Positions 1 through 13,785 of a stretch of DNA of 64,000 nt are shown one piece after another. The notes beneath the pieces are model-generated. The model saw only the letters and a list, made by a program, of their open reading frames with translations, was not told the origin of the DNA and searched no databases. The first letter of the stretch is position 1. Each line of letters begins with the position of its first letter. Origin of the DNA: Polymyxa betae A26-41 (taxonomy: Eukaryota > Protista > Endomyxa: Phytomyxea). The position numbers and the translations under genes were made by a program. The stretch is from assembly GCA_003693705.1 (NCBI GenBank), contig RBZT01000578.1:1-64000 (forward strand), given 5' to 3'.

Positions 1-931
1 CGATGCTGTACAGTACTTAATAAATGGACAGCTGTAGCTCCCGAACGTAGTCAACCCGGAAACTCCTACACCGACCATCGATGTTCCTATTGTAATCAAA
101 AGGCGACCGGCCTCTATGTCGAAAGGATGACAGAAGCGGGCCTAGCCGGATCGGCCGCAACGATGACTAACCCTAAGCTCACTGCGAAAGAAAAATCTTT
201 GGAAAAGATTCTCTGTAATGGAAAAAGTTACGGAATTATTGAATAGAGGAGACCCACCTGAGACCTGCTCTTGAAATATGTGCATATATTTCAAGAGTCC
301 CGCGTGCATATTAGGTCTCAGGTCCCCGGGACCCAAGTTGCGCACTCGCGGAAGGGCGACCTGGACCGTTTATATTTATTGAACACAATGTGTATACCGC
401 CTACCGGTATCCTAAAAATAATCTCTCCTCTAAGTCTGAATTTAATGAAATTGAATTTTGAAAAATAGTTTCGTTAATCTATTTGCTTGTGAGACAAATA
501 AACAGTTCTGATTCCGGGTCAGTGAGGAGATGAGACTTTTCGATATGGTTGAAGAGTGTGTTCTGTGTCACCTGATTACATTTATGATCATTAGAGGTGG
601 AACCCCGGATTTGCACGTCCACGATTGATTCTTCAAACATCACGCTGTGGTGCAGGCCGCATCGAAAGAGTGGCATTTATCTTCGCTGTCTGAAATGCTG
701 AAGTGAACGGGACTGCAACAAAATCGGTAACAAACGTGGATTTCTTGACAAGAGCAGTGCTATTTGCGAGCGTCATGAAATACAGTTAGACCGGACGGAC
801 TTTCTCGGACAGCGTAGGTCATCGGTCTGTTACCAGCGAAGGGCGTTCCCCATCAGTCCATCCAGTAAAGTCAGCTCCATCCATTCGGATTTCCAAACCC
901 ATCGCTTTGTCACTATAAGACAACTTTGGAG

Positions 932-3566
932 ATGGGGAATATTTTCAAGGCCATTTTCGGGATTCTGTCGCTGTTCGCTGTGGCAGCGGTGACCGCCTCG
1001 CCATCTGATGTTGACATTGTAGCGAAATTATCGCCATTGCTTAACTGGCCAGCTATTCAGTTCCATAACCTGCATTCTGCTGAAATTGATTATGCAGTCA
1101 CTTCTGCTGATGTTCGCGACGAAGTCGATTCCATTTTGAATCAAATTCAAAGGCAGGCTTGCTAATCTCGCTTGTGATGTTTGTTGATTCCGAATAGGTC
1201 TTCGATGGAATCTGTTTTTGATCAAATTGCAGAATCAACCAGCTTAGCTGATACGGCAACGCTGATTAAGCGTACTTTAGCCCTGTCTTCGCTATTGGCA
1301 CTGTTCGAGCGTATGAACTTAACGACAACCGAGCTTGCATCATTACAGAAAGTGACCGAGGAATACCGCGATCTTTGCAAGAAGACGTTGGAACTCGGCA
1401 GCGATTCGTATCTAGAGCAGCTGTTGCGCGTGTTTATCAGGGATGTCGGGCGTCTTCTTCACCGAATTCTTTGCTCTCATGAAGGCATCGATTCTCAAGA
1501 GAGAGAAGTCCTGGATTTTCTGTATTCCCATTATTTGGCCACACCGACATTTGCCACATTGCTACGTCGGTATATGGCGTCGAGCGAACCCATCAAATCT
1601 CAAGTAACGGCCGCTTTACAATCGTAAGTGTCAATTGCCTCATCACTTTCTCTTCAAATCAATTTTGACATTAATGTCGCGTTTCCTCACTTTTTAGATT
1701 TTGCTGTTTTATGTCCTACATTGGGATTAAGCCGTGTTCAGATTATATAAGTTAATTCCATTTCCCGAACAGCTGAACTTGCTCTGCGCTGAGAAGATCG
1801 CTGAGATTCAATCGATGAAGTTCATGAAACCACTCATACCTGACCTCCCTCTGGTTGAATGGACGAAAGTTAATACAGCGTTCTCCCAGCTGTTGGAAAA
1901 GTACATTTTGTTTCCATTAGAGAATCACACCATGCTAACTTGATCGCAGATCAGCGTTTCTTGAGGGCCAATCAACTGAATTTCAGGGAAGTACAGTCGA
2001 GAAAAGCCTGCTGAATTCGTCAGTCGAGGACAAACTGGCCCATTGCATTGCTGTTCGGATTGTCATCGTTCTACTTAATGCGACAGCCAGCTTCGAGCCG
2101 TTCTTGTCGATGAATTTCACGAAACTTGCGAACAAGCTGCGCGATTGTCATTTCCAAGAGATCTACGAGCTGTTTGCCAACGAAATCGGTGTCGATGTTC
2201 TGCACAAGGTTTGTTCCAATGACTTGAAGCGATTCCTTATCCTGAAGTAATTAAGATTCTACGCTTTATCGACAAATACGTGGAGCGATCCCTCCTAAGC
2301 ATGGTCAAATCGAACAAGGCGATGTTCCTTTCAACCAACGATTTCGACTGTCCTGGGGTCATCTACCAAAGTGAAACGGAATTTGGTTCCAATTCAATGG
2401 GAGACATTCCACTCGGAGAGATTGTTCAAGATATCGAGGCAACTTTCACCAAGTTACGAAACAGCTTGTTGGTATCTGCTGCTGTCCTTTAACCTTCATT
2501 TAGTGTATCATTCAGAAACGGAGAAGTCGAAACAAAAGCTTGCCAGTTTTGTCGTGATTTTCTTGAAGTTGCATTTCGACAAGCTGACAGTATCAATCCG
2601 TTGGATAACAAGATTGTTCTGCTTGACTATCAGCGCTCCATTCTATCCAAATGCCGATTTTCGAGTCAACCTCCAGTAGTAGTCGTTTCCCATTGTAGTC
2701 AATATAATTTATCCCTTAATCAGATCGCTAATGACCGAGCTGCCTTGATTGCAGACTATATCAGCGAACGTGTCATTGACTTAGTCTTCAGTCCCGATGA
2801 GTCCATCCGAGCTCGCGTTATGCAGCGATTAGAACCGCTGAATTCGGAGAAAGAGCGTTTGCTATTGAGGCTGTTGGACGCTGATGACAACGTCCTTCGC
2901 TCATTGGTCATTCTGCAGCGTCTAAAGCAATTACGTCCTGCATCGGAAGCTAGAATTGGTAAGAAAGAGGTAACCCTGATGAAGGTGCTCAATCTCGAGA
3001 TCGGGGCCAAACCTGCCTCGACGCCATCATTGGTGTCATCCCCATCGACCATGACGATAACGTCATACTCGTATGGATCAGGTTCAGCTGATTCGTATCA
3101 GGACGATCATCCACCTTCCCGAATCCATCAGCAACCTCAGGCATATCTCTATCCGGAGATGGTCAGCTATCCTCATCTTCCAATGCCGCCGATTGGAGCA
3201 GTACGTCCCTCGATTCCACTTATGATGCCCTACTGTCATGAAATGACAGCCGCGTATGGAAGCTCATATCTCTCTCCCGCTGATCTAGCGATGTATGCAC
3301 AGCAACCTCATTCGCCTTTTCCGATGCCAATGCCAATGCCGCCCTTTATGCAAACCGAGTCACCTCCCATTTTCCCATTGTTAACACCTATGCAGCCACC
3401 AACTCAGCCCATCTACCAGCCGGCGTTCCAGCCGTTTTCTCCACCACAACCTGCAAGTCCATCCAATCAGATGGCAATAACGGAGCGAGTTCAAGGAAAT
3501 CCGGAAAATCGGAATATGGTAAATAGCCAGGAATCTAGAAACAGGTTATATCGAAAATGGAAGTAA
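932..3566 (+). CDS. Multi-exon secreted orphan protein (signal peptide, helical body, possible degenerate MLLE-like segment, Pro/Met/Gln-rich C-terminal tail)
   Basis: ATG 932 gives MGNIFKAIFGILSLFAVAAVTA-S, a hydrophobic signal peptide. ORFs 926-1165, 1181-1627, 1734-1943, 2280-2492 and 2601-3566 can be joined across short introns; the first has a GC donor at ~1153 (QIQR|SSM). The C-terminus is low complexity. Confidence 0.7.
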
Positions 3567-3675
3567 ATTATCTACTCTATCTACCCTGTTATCCTTTGCA
3601 TCGAGCTGTGACTGAGACTTGTCCGAAGATGGATTCAATTTCGATGCTGTCGTCCTTAACATATATTAATTCCTT

Positions 3676-4945
3676 TTATTTGACTAGCATGATTTTCTTG
3701 ATTGCTCTTCCCTGCAACTCCAAGTTTGCTTTCTTTCGCATATCTTTATCATCTTGCTGTTGGAGCTTATATCCGCCATATACGTAGACGACAGTGGATA
3801 TCACCATCAACATGCCCGACGTGATCTTAATCAAGGGCATGCTCTCGTTAAACAACAACCAGCTTAAAATCATAACCAAGACTCTTCGTGGCCCGCCCAG
3901 AGCACGCGTCAGCACAGCACTTGCAAATGCTGTAGTTGCTACACTTGAGAACAGAATCACCGATCTTGCTGTAAAAAACATTCAGGCACTGATATGATTT
4001 GAGCCAAATATCACGTACAGACCCAGATACCGATGCAAACGCCAAAAAACAATCGCGGATTGCCCTGCTGTTGGATATGATCAAAAAGTCTAGGCCATGC
4101 GGCTGCTTCTGGACTTGTCAATGCCACAGGCACGAGAATCACTGCTACGAACAGCGACTGTAAGGCATTGTTCTCAAGGATCGTCATGACATCATATTTG
4201 AGATTCTCATGTGTGAAGAACACGTAGTTTAACACACCCATCAATGCAATTAGGAATGCACTTAGCAAGCAGCACAGCATAGCGACAAAAAACGATACTT
4301 GCTGCTTCGGAAGGTCGAAATCTACCGGTTTGGCAACAGCGATTTCATCTTGATTCGTGGCGGTTTTCAGAAACAGCATAGAGACACTGATGAATGTTAC
4401 TCCCACAGAAATAAAGTGCCATGGTGTGAACTGTAACAATCGATAAACTGAAAAGAACTTTCAATACCGTTTGTTCTAACTACCTTTTTCTTTGTAAACA
4501 CCATCATGAGGATTATAGAAAATACCATGGCAGCAGAGCCAAGGATTGTGAAAATAGACGCAGGCACAGTATTGAGGCCGACTGATGCAGCATAGCAGCT
4601 ACAGAACTTCAGTCAAAGTTCATAATCGTAGGGTTGATGTTCCTACCTGATGCAGTCCAGGATGGCCATGACGAGGTACATTGGTAGGCGATAGCGCCAG
4701 TTTTGAATACGGATTCCGTTGGACTTATATAGGCAGACGCCAATCCATGCAAGCAATGATACGGGAAAGCTACAAGTTTCTAACAGTAGATGAAGCATCG
4801 GCACACTGAGGACATAACCATCGCCTGCGACGTGGCGCTTCAGAGGCTGAGCAACAAGAGTGGCGGATGCGCGGAAGCAGACTTCGAGTATTGAGACGCC
4901 GACGAGAATCGCCACCCGCCTTGTTCTAGATGATCTTGTCGGCAT
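3676..4945 (-). CDS. Purine permease (PUP/PUNUT-like) member of the DMT/nucleotide-sugar transporter superfamily, 4 exons
   Basis: Approximate exons 4945-4647, 4598-4484, 4430-4019 and 3968-3676 with GT-AG introns. Many hydrophobic segments. Motifs LLETCSFPVSLL and LNTVPASIFTILGSAAMVFSIIL..KKKFTPWHFISV resemble plant PUP motifs (QTAGFP; LPVSTYSL...QKFTP). Confidence 0.7.
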
Positions 4946-5954
4946 CTTTAACAGATCTATTAATGTATGGGCATAATTAGCGTCACGACCAGAACGTGCC
5001 GACGCGGTCAATCAAATGATTAATAGAGAGCATTGATAAGAAGGATCCCCCCCTTCCCCGGGACCAGATGCGGATTCCCAAACCCTAATCCAGTGCGAGC
5101 ATTACAGTGGCGGGCCCGTTCCGGACGTCTGTCCGCAGAGTTTATGGATCCTCGTCCCGCTAAAGTAAACATTTCGAAAAATGATCGACGGTGCCGACTA
5201 TGGAGCGTTTTTAGCTTATAAATAGTGTGTCCACCGCTTCCGCTTCTATGATACGTAAGTGATATCTTCCGGGCCAAAGTCCTTAAATCAACCTTTATTT
5301 TCGACCTAAAGTGCGTACAATTCTCGCGGGGAACCCTGAATTTTAGTCTTGCTGATAATATTTCATTGCTGGTGCTTGATTTGAAAGACAAGTGCCAGCT
5401 ACGAATCCCCAACATTTCTTAAAATGAGTGCAGCCAATGGCGTGCGACTCAAAACCGTCCGACTGGTTGCCCTGCAGCCATCGCTGTTGCTCCTGATGGT
5501 GTCATTGATCAAGGATATAGTCGGCCACCACATGCGTGTCGTCTTGTTCCTAGCGATGCAAAAGCGTTCATGATGCTACTAAAGAAGCACGTTACAAGTT
5601 TGAAATTTATAAAATATTGAGATTTTACTGGGGCTTTGTAAAGCGTTAAATTAACGAAAAAGTTATTTCTGTTCATCCTCCCAACACAATCATAATCTGT
5701 CGAGGTGTCTTCACGTTTTGCCTTACCACGAACTGTAGGTTTCACTTGGTCAAAAATTGGTTAGAAAAGGTGCAGCGTATCATCCCGTGTCACCCTATGG
5801 AAGGTTTCGCTGAACTCAGAGCAGCGCGATCAGCTACTCGATATCCGATCACTTCATCCATCATCATCAATGTTATTTTTCTCGCAACCCCGATGATTGA
5901 TTTAGGATTGCTGTTTTATTTGTAACTTGTTTCAGAACAGCGACGAGATTTCGA

Positions 5955-6485
5955 TCATGACTTTGAAGCTGGCGTCTTTGTGTTTAGGTATGAGCGAGCA
6001 CGCAGGCGGGCTTGGAAGGTTATGTATACTTTGGTTACAATCTCCATTAGACTTTCCGCATTGATCAGCGATGGCGCCCAATCCATTAGTCGCTCTAGTA
6101 GTGCCATACCGACACTCATTGATAATTGAATAAAAAACTCAGACACCTGCTTCGAGGTCCATCCACAAATATCTGCAACTGAATTAGCCCACCTCGAAAC
6201 TTGTGTTCAATTGCTCTTACAAAGCAGAATTGGAATTGCTACGCTCCAGACTCGCGAAACAGCTCGCTTAATCACGACCCAAATCCAGAGTACGATTCCG
6301 GTACTGGAAATCCATTGAACGAACGTAATCAGTTGAAGAACAGCGACAGCCGAAGTTTGCCCTTGTTCAGAAGCCTTTTGTAACGAACTCATAATATTGG
6401 AAATCACAACAGAGATGCTGATCTGAAGAACAGTTTTAAAGGCAGACATGACGCCTTGCTGCGAGGTTCCCGTTGTCGATTCCAT
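5955..6485 (-). pseudogene. Possible membrane-protein ORF interrupted by one in-frame TGA (6207-6209)
   Basis: ORFs 6207-6485 and 5955-6146 are in the same frame, and the sequence between them reads open (CKSN*TQVSRWANSVADICGWTSKQVSEFF). Hydrophobic stretches are present; no family recognised. Confidence 0.3.
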
Positions 6486-6828
6486 ATAGCTTTCCAGACT
6501 ATAACGACCGGAAGATGATTCGGCACATTATAGTAAGGATCAATCTAACTGGGAGGTAATCGAGTTTCTCGGTTTGTTTAGACCAGATAACAAAACCAAC
6601 GAGACGAGCTTTCGAGAATAAACTGTTGCACCTGTCTTACTCATCGATATATTCACATTGCTGTAATCATCCAAACTATTTGCTATCATTGCTTCAGGTC
6701 CCGATTTTATCTGGCAATATTTTGCTATATCTGAAGATATCCTGTATATAGTTTCATAAATTTGGACATATGCCAGCTAGATTTTTTTGTTCAAGTCTGT
6801 GAAACTCGTTAATATCCATCGAGATTAG

Positions 6829-9800
6829 ATGTGTCGAACAACTTTAATTGTGTTGTTAATCCTCGCCTTTCAGACCGCCCGGTGCGTTGGTGATATTGCA
6901 TTTACAATATCACGGCTTCAGCAACAACCTCGATTTACAAAAAGTCTTTTTGTAAGAAAGCTACTCTCGATCGACCATAACTCTACTTGCAGCAACAACA
7001 TATGCGTTTGGAGCATCGAATCACCGCAGCCAACGACCACGATCGCTTTACAGCAAGGCTGCTTATACCCGCGACAAATTCGTAACTATGTCGGGCATTA
7101 CACATGGGATGCCATAGCCAGCCACGCCGACATGGAACTCGTCCAGCAACGCTGTCCCGACCTGAATATCGCCCCGGCGCCAACTGCGATCAAAATCGGC
7201 CTCGACTGGGACCATGATTTCTACATTCCTGGATCTCTCCCCTACAACAAATCGATTATGGTCGCCATTGATAGAAACTGCTCAAAAACGAAATCCGACT
7301 GGGAAACGTTGCTCTCCAATGTGTCGAATGCGACTTGGGCGACAAAAGTAGGGAGCAACAGGCTTAGGGTTTCTGTATCGGGAGGTGCCTCTCGTCAAGA
7401 AAGAGAAAATATCGTTGTATTCTTATCAGAGGACCTGTGCGTCCTCTTCATTGATACAAATTCTCCAGCGGACGTCTTAAATCGCAATGCTGCCCCGTTA
7501 GTGCAATCAGCATTGCGTCCTGGGGATCAGGCCTCGATATGGGCAAGGGGCATCCGAGGACAGGATCAGATCGTGATTGTCGCCGATAGCGGATGCGATT
7601 ACGATCATTGCCTGTTCACTGCTGATGGTGACCCTGATCTGATTCCTGGGTATTACCATCAGAATCGAAGTAAAATCCTGGCGTTTATTCAGGATATTCC
7701 TGGATCCAGCCTTGGCGATCTAAACTCAGGCGGCCATGGAACTCATGTGGTAAGCCATATTTTTTCGGAGTCTGGCAAATCTGGATTTGGCATTCTCGAT
7801 CCGAAAGCTGCTAACAGAATTATCTAATTGTGCTTTTGCCCTAGGCTGGCTCTGTGGCTGGGCATTCACAGGCTGAGAACTCGGATTTGATTTCATATCA
7901 AGGAATGGCGCCGGATTCAAAACTCGCTATTTATCAACTTGATTTTAATGTATTCTGATAAGACTACTTTGCAATATCCGTTGAGACCTGAATCTTTAGG
8001 CTGGTATTGATATGATTGAGTATCGCAACATAATCCAGACTATTTCTTCAAATTATGGAAATCGTCGGGTGGGAATCTCGACAAATTCTTGGGGAAGTTC
8101 TTCTAATTCTTTGTACGAAATCTTGAATCTGTGCTTGTCTCTACCAATATTTATAATTAGCTTAGGTATAGCTCATATTGGTCATCATCGATAGACCAAG
8201 CTGCGTGTCAGAATCCTGAGATTTTGTTTATTTTCGCTGCTGGGAATTACGGCAGCAACCAGAGGACTCTAACGACCCAGGCTTGTACTATCAACAATAA
8301 TGTTTGGCGATTTTTAACTGCTTACCAGGTTCAAAGAATGTTCTTACTGTGGGGGCATCGACCTCTAACAATTATCCAGCTGACGGTATGATCTAGAACG
8401 AGAAATGATATTCGTATCGATTGATGATGTGCAACCAGCTGGGCTCCAGTACCGTTCGGATTTAATAATGGGTTTCTCTTCTCGTGGCCCATCTGGTGGT
8501 TTCTCTCCAGATCCGTCAAGTAAGCAAGTTTGATCTTAGCTCTCATTTTATTCTAACTGTACGGAAAGGCATGCGTCGAATCAAACCGGTTCGATGTGGT
8601 ATCGGCTGCGTTCCTTCTTATTTAACTTGTATTTAAGGATATCATGGCTCCTGGTGATGGAATAACATCAGCTAATAGTGACGGGAATGTTAAGAGTCAT
8701 CAATGCCCTTCAATATCCCAGCTGTCAGTGAAATCGGGCACTTCTATGTCAACTCCCATTGTCGCCGGGGCAGCTGCTCTAATTCGGCAGTACTTTATGG
8801 AGGTAGCTGCTTTTTGCCAAATTTCCCAATCAAACGTCTGATGGTCATTAGGGTTGGTATCCAACTGGAATTAAGACACCTGTAGATGCATTTGTTCCAT
8901 CATCCTCTTTGTTGAAAGCAATGGTTATCAACAGCGGCAAGCCTATGCTTGGAGCAGTAACAGCTAACAGTATGTTACGTGAGTCAGGAGTCTGCACTTT
9001 AATCATTCGTTTTTAGGAAATGATTTTTATGAAAGGATCGCAAATATTCCTTCATTCTCTCAAGGTTCATTCATGAGCACTCTTATTATTGATTGCATTC
9101 AAGCCATTTTAGGATTTGGTCACATATCTCTCGATCGTGTACTTACATTCAACTCATCTCAGCTTTTTGTGGATGATTGGACTGCGCTCTTACATGCTGA
9201 ATATAAAGCATATTGTTTTGAACGGTTGGACCCAGGAGCTGAAATTAAAATTACTCTTGGTGACGGTTTATGTGCAAAATCATTGATTAAAAGCTAATAC
9301 TCGGTTATATAGTTTGGACAGATCCTGTTCCCACTCCAGGAGTTAGCAATGTTCTGGTAAACAATCTGGATTTGACCGTGGTCAATGTCTCTCGAGTTCA
9401 CGACCCGAATCATCTCGATGATGACACAATTATCCGTGGAAATGCTCGAATCGAGGGCGAATTGCAGAACACTTGGGATGTGTTTAATAATGTTGAACAG
9501 GTGCAAAGGGTTTCGTTTGTAATTAATGTTGACTGGATATATCTTAGGTTGTGATTCCTGCTGATGGGTTTTCTCGCTATTGGGGGGTCTTCGTGCATGC
9601 AACTCAGATTCCGAATTCTGTGTCTCAGCATTTTTCTCTTGTTATTACAGGTGGATCGTTTCAGTCAAGCCCACTTAATCAATGCGGAATTGATTTATCA
9701 AATTCATTACCTGCTCTCGTACCTCAAGCGGTATACCCCAAGCAAGCCGATCCAGTGCTTGTCGAATTGACCGACAATGGGTTCGACTCGTGTTTCAATT

Positions 9801-11881
9801 TGACGTTATCATCAATGTCACATGGAGTGCCAGTTTATTTTAACATTAAGTACAACTATACAGGATCACAGTCATTCGACCTATCAGTTAAGTTATTTGC
9901 AGTCGTTTCATGTCCGATGTTAAATTACAGTTCAGAAACAAAGATATCTTGTCATAACAATTACTCGCTCGACTATCAACGTAAGTTTATGCCAACGTAT
10001 AATTTGTCAATTTCGGAAAGATCTTTAGGACGAGATAGATACTAATCTTGATCTATTTGCTCAAGAGGGGTTTGTAAAGGTTTTTTCCAGCGCTTCTGCC
10101 CAAGATGTCACTATTGACTGTACAAGTTGTGTTTATTCAAAGAGTATCGTTTGGAGTCCAATTACCAAAGTCAATCAAGATTTCACTGCAGCTGTGTTCT
10201 TAGCTGGAGGGCGCCTAGACTCCTGCTTTAATGTCACAATTTCGATAGCAGAGGTGTCCGAGCCTTCGAGTCAGCTGACTATGTCAACTGAGAATTTTGA
10301 CATTTTAATCCCGAAGGTCGGTGAGACGATTTAACTTCATTTATATCGCCTCATTGCGTGAATTAGGGTCGCTTAGCACCATCTCTAAATCTGACTGCCG
10401 GCCACAACTCTGGGCGCAAGACAAGCTCGAAGTCGTATGTTGAGCTGTCGCTTGTACATTCTGTCAACGCAAGCGCGGATGTACCAGACGACATCGATTT
10501 TTTCGTTCGCGATTTGTCTAAGCCCAACTTATTGTGGCCATGGAAAAATAGCCTCGTTGATTGCGAGTTCCCCTATTGTTCAGTTTCTCGATCCGTTATC
10601 CGCATTGCTCCATATAATTCTAGCGCACAATATCAGCTGGTATTCTTTCGATTACCCAAACCAGAATATGTTTCTCAATCCAATTCACTTTCTGCCAAGC
10701 TAAGCGTTAAAATATCTGGTGACAAGACCACAGACAACTCTGACCTTTCTCAGACGATTTATGTCAAGGGCAAAGATCAAAGATGCCCTTCATTACCTAG
10801 TGAAACATTTTCGTGCAATCTGCCACAGAAGCAATTGCTTTTAAAAGGACCTCTGATGCTGGATGCAAAACTTGCTGCAACCCGCATCAATGGGACTATT
10901 CGTTCTGTCAAGGATTTCACATATATGGGCTGGATATTCAGGCAGTCTGGGCAAAATGCATACGACGTCAATATTCTGACAAACCCAAAAGAACCCAACG
11001 ACATCGAATACAGCGGAATTCCAAGCCTATGGTTATTGGCCAACGGGCAAATACAAGTTTTTTTGTCGGTATTGAACGGCCCTTACTGGCAAATTCAGAA
11101 GTAAGATAAGCACGAACTTCATCTCAATGTGTTGATTATTATTTTCAGATGTACCAGCTCCGTCGTAGTTCCTGTTAATTCTTGGTCTGCATTCTCTGTA
11201 TCCATTAGTTCGATTGATAATTCAATATCCATCTGGATTGACGGTTACGGTTCCATTTCCGCTTCGACTTCTGTATGCTCAGTTAAACCTAATGGCATCA
11301 CTGCTCCGTTTGTTAAGTACCCGTTGAAGCTGGCTTCAAACGTTATTTCAGATACGGCAGTCTGCTTAGCCAACTTAATGTTCTATCCTTCTAGCTTGGA
11401 CCCGGAAACATCGGTCTCTTGCTTCAGAGAATCGAATTCATTGTCGAAGGTGAGCTTTGAAGACAGATTGTTTACTGGCATCCCTGCAAGCGACAGAAGC
11501 AAGGTCTATTTGGCCATAGGGTCTTCTGTATTGGTTGTTGTTGCTGTTGTTCTTATTCGCAGAGTCGTAATCAAGAGGCAGCATTCTAAGTCAACGAAGG
11601 TTCTGCAAAAACCAAATGAGATCGAATGTAGCCATCCCAGGCCAAGACCACGCCATCCTCACCATCTTGATGTGGCATCTGGAATTCTAGATGTTGCAAA
11701 CGTGGCACCTAATGCCAACAATCCTGTGACTTTAGGTGAAAGCAACGCGTTAAGAAAGCGAAATATTTCTTTCGATATAGAAGATGGCTCCTGTCCAATA
11801 CCTCCAATGACGCCCATAATGCATAAAGATTCTCCAAGTGGCAATCGACGAAAAATGTTACCAACAACATTTTCAGAGTAA
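6829..11881 (+). CDS. Secreted/type-I membrane subtilisin-like serine protease (S8, KP-43/TagA-like) with long ectodomain, LamG-like region, TM helix and cytoplasmic tail; many exons
   Basis: Signal peptide MCRTTLIVLLILAFQTARC. Catalytic Asp IVIVADSGCD, His GHGTHV(AGSVAG after splicing), oxyanion FAAGNYG and Ser SGTSMSTPIVAGAAALIRQYF. KP-43-type C-domain ITLVWTDP...NNLDLTV...NNVEQV. TM segment VYLAIGSSVLVVVAVVLI followed by RR. Confidence 0.92.
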
Positions 11882-11924
11882 AAATGTGTTTGAACATCAT
11901 AAGAATGAAACACAATTACACAAT

Positions 11925-13215
11925 TTATAAGCGGCTTTTGCATGCTGATTTTCGGCAGACGGTTGCACGTATAAGACCGTGTGGCTCATCGATAGGTAGA
12001 TATATATCATTATCAAACTGATGATAGAGATATTAGCATAGAAGACTAGGATAAACCGGCAAACCTTTCTGTTGAATGGAGACAAACTCATGGGAATGTA
12101 ATGAATGTTGGCTAGGAGAATCACATGAGCATGTTTGCAAGAAACAACCAAAGAAACATACGCATCTCTAGAGTGATCGAATCAATATCTGACACTGTCG
12201 TCAAAGTAGCAAGGCTCATTTCGTAAAGCTATTGCAATCTTAGATCAAAACTACTCGGGAAAAAATCTCAAATACAGTTTTTTGAACTGAAGGACTGTAT
12301 ACACCATTCGTTTCAGGGTTACCAAAAAATGCTTCGGTCAAGGAGGCCTTAATCGACGATCTAATTTGACAAAAATTCGTAGACTTAGAGATACAACGGT
12401 AGCTGGGACACGCTATGAGATCGACGCACATCAATCCAGGACTATTTGTTTACCTCCACGATCCTGAGACAGAGGTAGAAAGAACGCGATCACTGACTTC
12501 AGGCAGAGTCGTATTCGTACATTTAGCGAATTTTTCGAAACCAGACTTATATTTAATTTTAGCGGTTTGAGACTTAAACATAAATACGCTAACCTGGGTA
12601 GTCTTAAGTACAACGTAATTCTTGAAACCAGAACTGATGTTTGAAGTGTTTCTGGTAGCAGTAAGATCAGCAAAATCAACTGTAGGTCCATCACGAATGA
12701 ATCCTGTAAAATGTTACGCAAGCTAATCAATACGAGCAACACTTGCCATGCGGATGGGGTTTTCCCTTGATGTTCACTCGCTTCCAAGGAACCGATTCAA
12801 TTTCAATACGAACCTGAAAAGTTTGTTAAGGTTCAACATCAGGTAGAGGGCACTTGTAAGAAAACTGCAAACCTGGGACATTACTTCGTATCTCTTCAAG
12901 AAAGTTTCTGCAAGCTCAAGAGCGAACAGTTCGATGTTCAAGGCCTTGGATTCTTTGGCTACGACATTGACAGTATTCTTTATCGTATCGGTAGGGACTA
13001 AACCTACAATAGTTGTTGAATTTCAAGCATGCACCATTCTAAAACAACCTACCTGAATTATCGCCTTCCGTGAAGGATTTCTCGGCTTTTGATAGCACGG
13101 TAACACGCACGCTCATCTCGATAACATCATGGCGATTCCCGGTTCGATGCACTCTCAAGACGCGAACTCGATTCTTGCCATGACTGTGCGCCTGCAGCTC
13201 AAACGATGAGGACAT
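11925..13215 (-). CDS. UOX: Uricase (urate oxidase), peroxisomal (C-terminal SRL); multi-exon and largely invisible in the ORF track
   Basis: Spliced translation: MSSSFELQAHSHGKNRVRVLRVHR...FTEGDNS|GLVPTDTIKNTVNVVAK...YSPSVQKT|LYEM...EM|PNIHYIP...YLPIDEPHGLIRATVCRKSACKSRL*. It contains the uricase signatures PTDTxKNT, SPSVQxTLY, PNxHY and PxG.I. Confidence 0.95.
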
Positions 13216-13785
13216 TTAGGTTGAATATAATACCAATATAAAATGAATCTTTGTTAGGTATGACACAAGTTTACAGAAAATCTGGATAGGATAATGTTAC
13301 GTTGGGGGCTGCTCCAGAAAATATTTATTCTGAAAACCAGATGACGAGAAACGCCGCATGTGGAGCATTGCTAATATTTATATTGGGATCGTTGAACCTG
13401 AAACCCCATTGGGCTCTGAGACTTTGGTATTTGCTGATACAGAAGCGAACCAGCCATCAGCTAATCGGGTAATCGACAGAATCTTCCACAAACAGCCCAT
13501 TATCAATCATCAGCATGCTTGATGGCAAATGTTTCGTCCATTGCAGCAGTACGGCTGCTCTTGACTACGCTCTTGACTAAACAGATGAGCAATTCTACCT
13601 CTACTTGCTATGTTGCTGCGTGGTTGCGCGCTCCTATATAAATTGAACATCTGTCTAATGCGGGCTGCGCGCCTTCCTAGAGTCGCCCCTCTCTGCTGTA
13701 TAATCGGCCATCACCACATCACATTTCGTCGTCACAGTGACCGTCATCGTCCTTAACCGGCAGCGAACGGCGGCCCAAATTGTCC

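Noticed and set aside
6207-6209. In-frame TGA considered as selenocysteine or an alternative genetic code
   Set aside because: No redox motif or evident SECIS, and TGA, TAA and TAG all act as normal stops in other genes in this window.
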